A stretch of 28,235 nucleotides of DNA from a virus (lineage: Duplodnaviria > Caudoviricetes). The notes beneath the pieces were generated by a model that was not told the origin of the DNA, did not search any database, and was given only the letters and a program-made list of their open reading frames with translations. Position 1 is the first letter of the stretch. Each line of letters begins with the position of its first letter. The stretch lies in IMG/VR virus record IMGVR_UViG_3300044971_001687, positions 1-28,235 of that record. The stretch is one strand, 5' to 3'. Positions 8,225-14,963 of the stretch are shown one piece after another. Made by a program: the position numbers and the translations under genes.

Positions 8225-8373
8225 TTCGTCTCCTCCTTCTCGCATTCTGGGCACTTGAGCATTTCGCTCACCTCGTTCCACTCCATCATCGCCCCGCAAC
8301 GGCAGTCTGGAGGTTCCGGTTGGTCGGACGGATCGTTCGACAACCACCCATCGTACCAGCTTGGCAGGTTCAT
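8221..8373 (-). CDS. Small zinc-ribbon protein, 50 aa (not in ORF track)
   Basis: Hand translation MNLPSWYDGWLSNDPSDQPEPPDCRCGAMMEWNEVSEMLKCPECEKEETK; ATGA-coupled at both ends. Confidence 0.75.
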   Translation of the reverse strand: MNLPSWYDGWLSNDPSDQPEPPDCRCGAMMEWNEVSEMLKCPECEKEETK

Positions 8374-8516
8374 TTGCTCTCCTTTCTGAGGCGCATGATT
8401 TCGGCCTCGATGCGTTTGAATGTCGCCTCAAACGCACGCCGGTTTGGGTGCGACTGAAGCAGCGTCTCCGTCAGTGCCAGAAGCTCAGTGGCTTCTTGTT
8501 CTAGTCTGTTTTTCAT
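8370..8516 (-). CDS. Hypothetical helical protein, 48 aa
   Basis: MKNRLEQEAT start, ATGA-coupled at both ends, A/C-rich leader. Confidence 0.7.
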   Translation of the reverse strand: MKNRLEQEATELLALTETLLQSHPNRRAFEATFKRIEAEIMRLRKESK

Positions 8517-9394
8517 TTTGTTGTTGTTGTTGCAGTTGAAATTTCGCATTGAATATGCCATGCAGCATTGTTTAGTTCTTTGATTTTATCAGCTTCAATT
8601 TCGCTTTTGTGAGCTCTCCATAAATAAAGAATTGCAAGTGACTTACTGCATGGCTTTTCAATCATTAAATATTTTGATATTGCCACGATATCATACTTAA
8701 GATTCTGTATATTGTTGCTCTGGATACGGAGAATAATTTCGCTAATTTCGTTTGGGATACCCCATTCATTGCAAGATTTCTGATCTCTTGAACTTGAGCA
8801 TCCGAAAGTTTTGCCATCGGATTTTGTCGCCCATGATAAGATGTTCCGTGAACCCATTTCCTGCGACAGTTCTCCAGATGAGTTTCCCACTTCAGATTCT
8901 CCAACCGGTTGTCTTCTCGATTGCCGTTCAAATGCGATGCATTGCATCCACTCGGACATGGCCCTACGAATGTCTCCAGTACCATTCGATGCACATACAG
9001 TAATTGCCTCGGAGATGAGAACATACACGTCATGTATCCACTCTTTATCTTCACTGGATTTCTTATTCTTCCATTCGAAACGCGTCTTATCTGACCAAAA
9101 ATTGATACCTCGTATTCCGGCTTTGATGGATAAAGTTTCCACATATCTGGAGATGTACCACAAAGCCTTCTTTAAATCAAGTGTTGGATTTTCGTGCTTT
9201 ATTTGATTCCTGAAAACGTACTTCACGGCATTCCCCAAAGGAAAAACCATGTTTTCTGCAATTTCGATACACTCTACACCACTTGGGTGCTGCTTGTAGT
9301 GCTGCGGCTCGACGGCGCTGGTCGTCGAGGACGGGTTGGATGATTTCGCGCCACAGTTTTGAGTACATACTGTCTCTTTCGGTTGGTTTTCCAT
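8513..9394 (-). CDS. DUF3310 (SaV / T7 gp1.7-like) protein with an internal dual-coded insert, 293 aa
   Basis: P.HY....SGVECIE....F.LGNAVKY..R...K......DLKKALWY; second degenerate copy YLWRAHK...ELNNAAWHI..EI at the C-terminus; start MENQ 6 nt after the helicase stop. Confidence 0.8.
   Translation of the reverse strand: MENQPKETVCTQNCGAKSSNPSSTTSAVEPQHYKQHPSGVECIEIAENMVFPLGNAVKYVFRNQIKHENPTLDLKKALWYISRYVETLSIKAGIRGINFWSDKTRFEWKNKKSSEDKEWIHDVYVLISEAITVCASNGTGDIRRAMSEWMQCIAFERQSRRQPVGESEVGNSSGELSQEMGSRNILSWATKSDGKTFGCSSSRDQKSCNEWGIPNEISEIILRIQSNNIQNLKYDIVAISKYLMIEKPCSKSLAILYLWRAHKSEIEADKIKELNNAAWHIQCEISTATTTTK
8665..9144 (-). CDS. NUMOD4-HNH homing endonuclease with C-terminal HTH, nested in the DUF3310 gene
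   Basis: WK......YEVS..G.IR, VHRMV...F, HLNGNREDNRLENL.W....EN, AKLS...V.EIR, SQTKLAKLFSVSRATI. Confidence 0.92.
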   Translation of the reverse strand: MWKLYPSKPEYEVSIFGQIRRVSNGRIRNPVKIKSGYMTCMFSSPRQLLYVHRMVLETFVGPCPSGCNASHLNGNREDNRLENLKWETHLENCRRKWVHGTSYHGRQNPMAKLSDAQVQEIRNLAMNGVSQTKLAKLFSVSRATIYRILSMISWQYQNI

Positions 9395-9399
9395 GTTCT

Positions 9400-11043
9400 T
9401 TAGCCGAGAATTGCTTTTTTTATTCGGGACTCGTTGAAACGCCATGTCAGCAGGCAGCTCGCACGATACCGAGACATCCCAAACATGGGAACGTCCGCCA
9501 TGTGCTTGAGTTGCGCGTCGGTGGGTGGCAGCTTGATCCAACTCTTGGTCTTGCGCGAGTTTGCACGATCTCCGTTGGATCGCAGATAATCGTCCGCTTG
9601 AGCGAGCGCAAGTTCCTTGGAGTTTGTGCGGGTAATGACGGTAACCGCGCCTCCGGTGACTCCGCCAATGGCGTTATACACCTCGCCAAGCCTGATGACC
9701 GCGCCCCACGCAGTGAGCGCGTTCGCCATGCGCACGGCGTCCCCGTACATCGACTCCCACCGGAACGGAGACATCTCGATGATTTGCATCTCAGACATCT
9801 CGAAGGACTCGATTGTCTCGATGCCGTTGACTCGAACCGGGAAGACGTAGCCGCACACGGGGCAGTTACTGACAGCAGCTGGCACTTGAATGCCGCACTC
9901 AGGGCACTTCTTCATCGGCGCTTCACCGGTCTCGCTCTGGCGAACAAACAGCCGGTCTCCCGCGTCGATGTCACCGTGCGTGAGCAGTGAGGCGCCAAAG
10001 TCCAAGATGATGCAGTCGCTCTTAATCACCCCAGGGTAGCGTTTGGCATCAATGCACGGTCTCAGCCCTCGCCCGATCATCTGAATCATCGTTGACTTCT
10101 GACTGCACGGTCGCACCAGCACAACGCACCCCACACGCTGGCAGTCCCACCCCTCGGTCAGCTTCATCACGTTGAGCAGCACCTTGATTTTGCCTTGGTC
10201 AAAGCGCCGAAGAACCGTCGCGTTGTCGTCGTCCGACATTTCGGAGTGGACGGCCTCAGCCGAGATGCCTTCTTCGCGGAACGCCTCAGCCAAGTGCTGG
10301 GCGTGTTGGATGGTCGAGCAGAACACCACGGTCGAGCGGTCGGACGCCTTCTCGCGCCAGTGCCGCAGAATCTCCGAGTGAACCGCCCTCTTGTCCATGA
10401 TGGCCTCGACTTCACCCATGTCGAACTCTGCACCGGTCTTCTGCACGCTCTGGAGCTGGTCGTTGAGGCCGATGTCCATGCGGAACGCACGCGGCGGAAC
10501 AAGGTTCCCCGCAGCGATGAGTTCACCCACGGTGATTTTGTCGGCGACGTTGTTGAACACCGCCGTGAGCGCCTGTTTGTCGCCGCGCTCCGGTGTCGCG
10601 GTAAGCCCCAAAATAACGCCATCTGGAGAGCGTTCGCGAAACGCCTGCACGATGTTCATGTAGCTTTCAGCCGCTATGTGATGGCACTCATCACAGAACA
10701 GCGCCGACATCCCACTCGGCATCGTTGCCAAGTTCGCCGGCCTGCATAGCGTCTGTACCATGGCGAAGGTCGCCCCCGGCGACCACGCTTTGCGCTCTGC
10801 ATTGAACACATCCACCTTCGCGCCGGCGTTGTACCGCTTGAAGGTCTCCTTGTTCTGGGTAACAAGCTCGTCGCGGTGTTGAATGACGAGCACCGGTGCC
10901 TCTTTCACAAACGGCGCAAGGATTGCGCTGCCCATGACCGTCTTACCTGCGCCTGTTGGCGCAATGCCTAAAGTGTTGCCGCACTTTCCGAGTGCGTCGA
11001 TACAGGCGTCAACGAACTGCGCCTGCCTTGGTCGTAAAATCAT
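9400..11043 (-). CDS. Superfamily 2 DExH helicase (RadD/YejH-like) with zinc finger
   Basis: LRPRQ, APTGAGKT, DECHH, LTATPER, LTEGWD, QMIGRGLR, CPEC...CPVC; start MILRPRQ. Confidence 0.93.
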   Translation of the reverse strand: MILRPRQAQFVDACIDALGKCGNTLGIAPTGAGKTVMGSAILAPFVKEAPVLVIQHRDELVTQNKETFKRYNAGAKVDVFNAERKAWSPGATFAMVQTLCRPANLATMPSGMSALFCDECHHIAAESYMNIVQAFRERSPDGVILGLTATPERGDKQALTAVFNNVADKITVGELIAAGNLVPPRAFRMDIGLNDQLQSVQKTGAEFDMGEVEAIMDKRAVHSEILRHWREKASDRSTVVFCSTIQHAQHLAEAFREEGISAEAVHSEMSDDDNATVLRRFDQGKIKVLLNVMKLTEGWDCQRVGCVVLVRPCSQKSTMIQMIGRGLRPCIDAKRYPGVIKSDCIILDFGASLLTHGDIDAGDRLFVRQSETGEAPMKKCPECGIQVPAAVSNCPVCGYVFPVRVNGIETIESFEMSEMQIIEMSPFRWESMYGDAVRMANALTAWGAVIRLGEVYNAIGGVTGGAVTVITRTNSKELALAQADDYLRSNGDRANSRKTKSWIKLPPTDAQLKHMADVPMFGMSRYRASCLLTWRFNESRIKKAILG

Positions 11044-11137
11044 ATGTGCCTTTGTTTCACTGACGCAAAAATGAAAAAGCGTCGTTGCAGGATCTCCCTG
11101 CACACCATGCGGCTAGATTTGCCGCTGGTTTTAACCC

Positions 11138-11176
11138 AAAAAAGGGGGGCGAGACAACCATTATTGCCCCGCCCCC
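11138..11176 (-). terminator. Rho-independent terminator downstream of the SSB-like gene
   Basis: Minus strand GGGGGCGGGGCAAT-AATG-GTTGTCTCGCCCCC (14-bp stem with G-U pairs) followed by C and T6. Confidence 0.8.
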
Positions 11177-11196
11177 ACAACCCCAAACAAACTGTG

Positions 11197-11769
11197 CTAC
11201 TTCAACCAAGCAGGTTTCTTGCCAGCCGTCGCCGCAGGTGCGGCGGTCTTCGCTGCTGGCACCGGCGCTTTCGCCTCAGGCGCACTCTCATGCGCTTGGC
11301 TCCAGAGCTTGTGCCCGTTGCTACTCGGGTTGGGTGAACCCCAGTCGCTGATGGAGTTACGGTCTGCGCGTCCGTCTTTGCCCTTGTCGATGCCGACTTT
11401 GATGACGACCTCAGCGCCGTTGAGTGCCTCGATGATTTGGTTGAAATCACCGTTGTTGAACTGCTCGTACGAGGCAGGGTCTGCGTAGTTGAAGACGCCA
11501 CGGCTCTCAAGAATGCGAGTAATCGCCCCGATGCCCATCTGGCGCCACACCTCGCTGTTGTTCTCATCGAAGGGATTGCAAACCATCCCAAACACGCGCC
11601 GGTTGTTGTACTGACCCCCTTGGATGGCGAGCTCGATGGAGAGATAGTCCCCACCGGTTGACTGACTGCTTTTGCGCTCCTTCACCACAAGGACGGCCTT
11701 GGCGACCGTGCCTTTGGGAATGAGTTCCATCTCTGTTGACCCGACGTTTGTTGATTGTGCGTTGAACAT
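11197..11769 (-). CDS. DUF669-like single-stranded DNA-binding protein
   Basis: ELIPKGT, YL..E..I..G.Y..R.VF, Ala/Pro-rich tail ending KPAWLK; adjacent to an AAA_24 ATPase. Confidence 0.75.
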   Translation of the reverse strand: MFNAQSTNVGSTEMELIPKGTVAKAVLVVKERKSSQSTGGDYLSIELAIQGGQYNNRRVFGMVCNPFDENNSEVWRQMGIGAITRILESRGVFNYADPASYEQFNNGDFNQIIEALNGAEVVIKVGIDKGKDGRADRNSISDWGSPNPSSNGHKLWSQAHESAPEAKAPVPAAKTAAPAATAGKKPAWLK

Positions 11770-11790
11770 ACTGCTTTTCGATTTTTGTTT

Positions 11791-12633
11791 TTAGTGTTTT
11801 GCGGTGTCGATGCGTTTACCTGCGCGAATCTTGGCGAGCACCTTCCCAAGGTCAGCGGGTTCCTGAAGCTCCAGCGTACCGGAGCGGTCTTTTGCGGGGT
11901 AACCCCACGGGTTTTGTTGGTGGCATACAAAAGCGCGATACTGCGACTTGTCCTCTGCCTCAAAGTTCTGAAGCGTCAGAACTAGGTCGAAGATACCAGG
12001 CAACTCGCGACCCGTCTTTGAGCCCTCGATTTGCACGTCCCAGTACTTCCTCTTCAACTCGTCCTCCTGCTGCTCCAGAATGCCCACCAGCACCACGTTC
12101 TTGTGGCAGTGCTGTAGTTGGGTCACCCATCGAATCATCTCGCGTCCAAGAAGCCCGTAGGCTCCACGGGTGTCAGGCTTGCCGGTCTTGTCGGAGAACG
12201 CTTCCGGTTGCTGCTGGCACCACGCAAAGCACATACGGCTTGCGACGGTGATACTGTCCACAAACAGCGTCTCGTACTGCTCATGCCCCGAGTCCGGCCC
12301 GAATGCCTTCACAACGGACTCGTACGCTGACTTGGAATATGAGCCGTTGGCGTCCGCTGGATCGGGCCCACCGAGCCACAAAGCAATGGCCTTGGCCAGC
12401 TCCCACGGGTGAGCCCCCATCTCGTTGGACGTTGCTCGGATGTCGAGGCAGTCGCCCTTCCAGTCTTTACCCAGCGCCAGCGTACCGGCCTCAAGGTCAA
12501 CGAATAGAGTGCTCTTCGCGTCCAGCGTCCGAGCTTGGTAGGTTTTACCAACGCCGGCAGGGCCGAACACAACCGCTTTCACGCAGTCCGAGGTGCGCTT
12601 GAGGCGCTCGTCTGCTTTTATGATTTTGAGCAT
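11791..12633 (-). CDS. AAA_24 ATPase, Sak4-like recombination protein
   Basis: Walker A GPAGVGKT, DLEAG, Walker B LFVDSIT, LPGIFD, AKDRSG.L...EP.DL. Confidence 0.88.
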   Translation of the reverse strand: MLKIIKADERLKRTSDCVKAVVFGPAGVGKTYQARTLDAKSTLFVDLEAGTLALGKDWKGDCLDIRATSNEMGAHPWELAKAIALWLGGPDPADANGSYSKSAYESVVKAFGPDSGHEQYETLFVDSITVASRMCFAWCQQQPEAFSDKTGKPDTRGAYGLLGREMIRWVTQLQHCHKNVVLVGILEQQEDELKRKYWDVQIEGSKTGRELPGIFDLVLTLQNFEAEDKSQYRAFVCHQQNPWGYPAKDRSGTLELQEPADLGKVLAKIRAGKRIDTAKH

Positions 12634-13031
12634 TACTTGAAGGAGATACGGGGTTCGCTGAACTTGGTCGTGCGTGCGTCCATCACGCGGCGCAGAACGT
12701 CCTCGTTGCCGATGCGCTCAATGGTCTTTGCGGCTACCGAGAGCTTGGCGTTGATGAGCTCCCGCGCATCTGCCAGAGGCAATGACTCGTACAAGGACTG
12801 CAACTTCCCCTGATCCCAGAGGTACGTCGCCTTGACCTCGTACTTGAGTTTCACGCCGTCAATCTCAGTGGATAGCTCCCCATACCCTCGTCCACTTTCC
12901 TTCAGCAGGTTCTGGAGGTTCGCTCCATGCTCTTGCATGATGGCTTCCTCCAGCGTCTTTATCTCATCTTCAAGGACGGAGATTTTGGTTAGCCGTTTGG
13001 CTATCTCGTCCCTCATTTTTTTTAGGTTCAT
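12633..13031 (-). CDS. Hypothetical phage protein, 132 aa, upstream of Sak4-like gene
   Basis: N-terminal coiled coil, WDQ.KL motif, one-base TAATG overlap with the ATPase gene. Confidence 0.8.
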   Translation of the reverse strand: MNLKKMRDEIAKRLTKISVLEDEIKTLEEAIMQEHGANLQNLLKESGRGYGELSTEIDGVKLKYEVKATYLWDQGKLQSLYESLPLADARELINAKLSVAAKTIERIGNEDVLRRVMDARTTKFSEPRISFK

Positions 13032-13266
13032 TTTCTAGTTCTCTTTTCAGTTTATGGCACACGTCTTCGAGTCGGAGCGACCAGCCTTCGTTGTGCGCCA
13101 ACGCAACAAGCGCGGCGAACTTATCCAGCGGGATTTTCCGTCTGCGAACCCATGTTGATATTGTTCGCGGTTGCACAAGTACACCCGCTAACACCAACTT
13201 CTTCCAGAGCAGGTTCTTTCCCCCGAACCGGAAGACCATGTGCCTCGCATCGATTTGGTAGCTCAT
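12970..13266 (-). CDS. Cro/YdaS-like HTH regulator
   Basis: FGG...L...L........TISTW.RR.KIP pattern; first gene of the replication operon; start MSYQID. Confidence 0.7.
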   Translation of the reverse strand: MSYQIDARHMVFRFGGKNLLWKKLVLAGVLVQPRTISTWVRRRKIPLDKFAALVALAHNEGWSLRLEDVCHKLKRELENEPKKNEGRDSQTANQNLRP

Positions 13267-13354
13267 GGCGGGGATGAAGATGTACGCATTTTTTGCGTAT
13301 CGCAACATCTTTTTTTATTTCGTCGCAAGGCGCTTTCTCGCAACGTATTGGCCC
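13267..13354. promoter_or_regulatory. Divergent promoter/operator region
   Basis: Inverted repeats TACGCA-N5-TGCGTA (13283-13299) and AAGATGT/ACATCTT (13277-13311); TCGCAA three times; minus-strand TTGCGA-17-CATCTT. Confidence 0.6.
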
Positions 13355-13588
13355 ATGGAACCAGTCTCTTTCGACACTCTCGTTCAGCGTTTCACCGGTG
13401 TACACGGCATTCAGGCCGGCCTTCTTGTCCTTGCGCCCAAGGTGCATTCCGACTCGGGGCCGATTGCAACCATGGGCAGCGCAATGCCACCGGACACCAT
13501 TATCCCCAAGGGCGCAGGGATTTACGACGAGAACGGTATGCTCCCGAAGATTGAAGGCAAGGGGCTGGAGTTTATCGCTTACGCTTAG
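13355..13588 (+). CDS. Hypothetical protein, 77 aa
   Basis: MEPVSFD start; C/G-ending codon pattern like neighbouring genes; converges on endolysin with a 17-nt overlap. Confidence 0.65.
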   Translation: MEPVSFDTLVQRFTGVHGIQAGLLVLAPKVHSDSGPIATMGSAMPPDTIIPKGAGIYDENGMLPKIEGKGLEFIAYA

Positions 13589-14198
13589 GCTCAAGAGCCT
13601 TCTCGAAGAGGGCTGCTTCAGCGTCTCTGCGGCGTTGTAAGCCTTTGGTGTTAGGCCACAACCGCTTCATTGAGCGGATGAGTTCCGGTACGTCGTAGAA
13701 CCGGCGGTCACGCATGGCGTTCTGGATGCCCAGCATCTCCGAGCGTCTTTCGCCAGAGAGAGCCGTTCCACGGTTGAACACCAAGGAGATAAGTGCATCT
13801 CGCGCCTCATCAGGCAGGTCTTCTGCCTGTGGATATATGCGTAGCATCCGCAGGTAAAATGTTGGCAGTGTGTTCTTTTGGAAAACCTCAACGGCCTTTT
13901 GCCAAAGGATGACAATCGATCGCATTGCTGGCGAGGCGTGCAGAAGTTCGCGAGCTGCGTTGGCCTTAACTCCGAGGGCGGCGGTGAGCGCAACGTAATC
14001 GGACTCAGGGAGAAGTTCCTCCCACGCTTCCTCGAACTGCTGCGGTGTGGTGTAGCCCAAGTCGTAGCCAATCCCAATCGTAACTCCGCTTTGCTCCCCA
14101 GGCCAAGTAGGACTCTGAAGGAACTTGCGGTAGTACTCCTCACCGCCGCCCACCTCGAAATCAATGATGAGCTTTAGACCGTCGTCAGAGAGAATCAT
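13572..14198 (-). CDS. Endolysin, lysozyme-like muramidase (GH24/pesticin C-terminal type)
   Basis: LIIDFE, WPG..SGVTIGIGYDLG, ALISLVFNRG, GL..RR.AEA.LF; start MILSDD. Confidence 0.9.
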   Translation of the reverse strand: MILSDDGLKLIIDFEVGGGEEYYRKFLQSPTWPGEQSGVTIGIGYDLGYTTPQQFEEAWEELLPESDYVALTAALGVKANAARELLHASPAMRSIVILWQKAVEVFQKNTLPTFYLRMLRIYPQAEDLPDEARDALISLVFNRGTALSGERRSEMLGIQNAMRDRRFYDVPELIRSMKRLWPNTKGLQRRRDAEAALFEKALEPKRKR

Positions 14199-14380
14199 TT
14201 GTGTTCTTGGAAGAACCGCTCCGATATTTCGCTCACCTTCTTCCACAGCTCCTTCCGGTCATCCTCGCACTCGCGAATCTTCTGTGAGAGATACCAGATA
14301 GCAACCGCCAGCGCACACGCCAGCGGCCCTTGAGCAACGAGTTGGTTTACCATGGGTTCAAGTGAGATGTCGGCAATCAC
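14195..14380 (-). CDS. Single-TM plus coiled-coil lysis protein (holin-like)
   Basis: QGPLACALAVAIWYL then charged coiled coil; sits between holin and endolysin, coupled at both ends. Confidence 0.65.
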   Translation of the reverse strand: MIADISLEPMVNQLVAQGPLACALAVAIWYLSQKIRECEDDRKELWKKVSEISERFFQEHK

Positions 14381-14544
14381 GGTTTCTCCTTACGAAAGAT
14401 GTTGATGGCGCTGTAGACGCTTACGCCAGCGGTTAGAATCGCATCGGATTGGTCTGGGGCCAGTTTTAGCCCAAAGAGCGTTGCCAATGAAACCAGCCCA
14501 CGCCATGTGGAGGGCTCGAACAACCGGTTCAGTATGTACTTCAT
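14377..14544 (-). CDS. Putative holin, 55 aa (not in ORF track)
   Basis: Hand translation MKYILNRLFEPSTWRGLVSLATLFGLKLAPDQSDAILTAGVSVYSAINIFRKEKP; EPSTWRG motif, two hydrophobic segments, basic tail. Confidence 0.75.
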   Translation of the reverse strand: MKYILNRLFEPSTWRGLVSLATLFGLKLAPDQSDAILTAGVSVYSAINIFRKEKP

Positions 14545-14546
14545 AA

Positions 14547-14957
14547 TCAGATATTCAGAGCTGTTTTCAAACCGTCCACGTCTTGGGCTGCGTCGATAGC
14601 AACCTGCACTTGAGCGTACTTCTCTCGAATCAAAACGCGAGCCGCTTCAGCGGTCTCTGCTTCATTTGGGATTTGTTTGACGATTGCATCGTCGTATGGG
14701 GCGAACTCCGCATCGCGTAACTGGCGTCGGATGGAGTGACTGATTTCTTTGGCTTTATCCAAGTTGACTTCGATTGTCTTACCGTTGGCTACCCATGCAT
14801 TACGGAACGTGCGATCAGTGGGTATGACGTTATCTTCAACGATTTCGTAGGCAACACTTTGGGGGACATCTTTTGCGGCGACTTCTTCAATACTTAACTC
14901 GCCCGTTGGCATGATGACGCTGACGCCGCCTTCACTGTTGGTGTAGATGATTTTCAT
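14547..14957 (-). CDS. Putative tail fibre assembly/chaperone protein
   Basis: IIY....GGVSVI.P, KDVP, P.DRTFRNAW motifs; immediately downstream of the fibre gene. Confidence 0.7.
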   Translation of the reverse strand: MKIIYTNSEGGVSVIMPTGELSIEEVAAKDVPQSVAYEIVEDNVIPTDRTFRNAWVANGKTIEVNLDKAKEISHSIRRQLRDAEFAPYDDAIVKQIPNEAETAEAARVLIREKYAQVQVAIDAAQDVDGLKTALNI

Positions 14958-14963
14958 GGGATT

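Larger units (their letters stand above)
7368..8239 (-). repeat. Repeated 23-bp gene-junction element (RBS plus overlapping stop/start)
   Basis: GAAGGAGGTGCAGGGATGAGCGA exact at 7670-7692 and 7999-8021; 19/23 copy at 7368-7390; weaker copy at 8217-8239. Confidence 0.9.

Noticed and set aside
6219-8240. CRISPR-Cas locus (Cas4-like gene near 23-bp repeats)
   Set aside because: Repeats are 220-330 bp apart, separated by whole genes, and consist of RBS/start signals; no cas1/cas2
8600-9200. Group I intron or intein carrying the HNH
   Set aside because: HNH abuts host-like coding sequence on both sides with no room for a ribozyme core; it is out of frame with the host and no C/S...HN intein ends are visible. 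An Infernal search would be the formal test
11086-11129. tRNA or tRNA fragment
   Set aside because: Stem resembles a T-arm but lacks the TTCRA loop, and no cloverleaf can be formed
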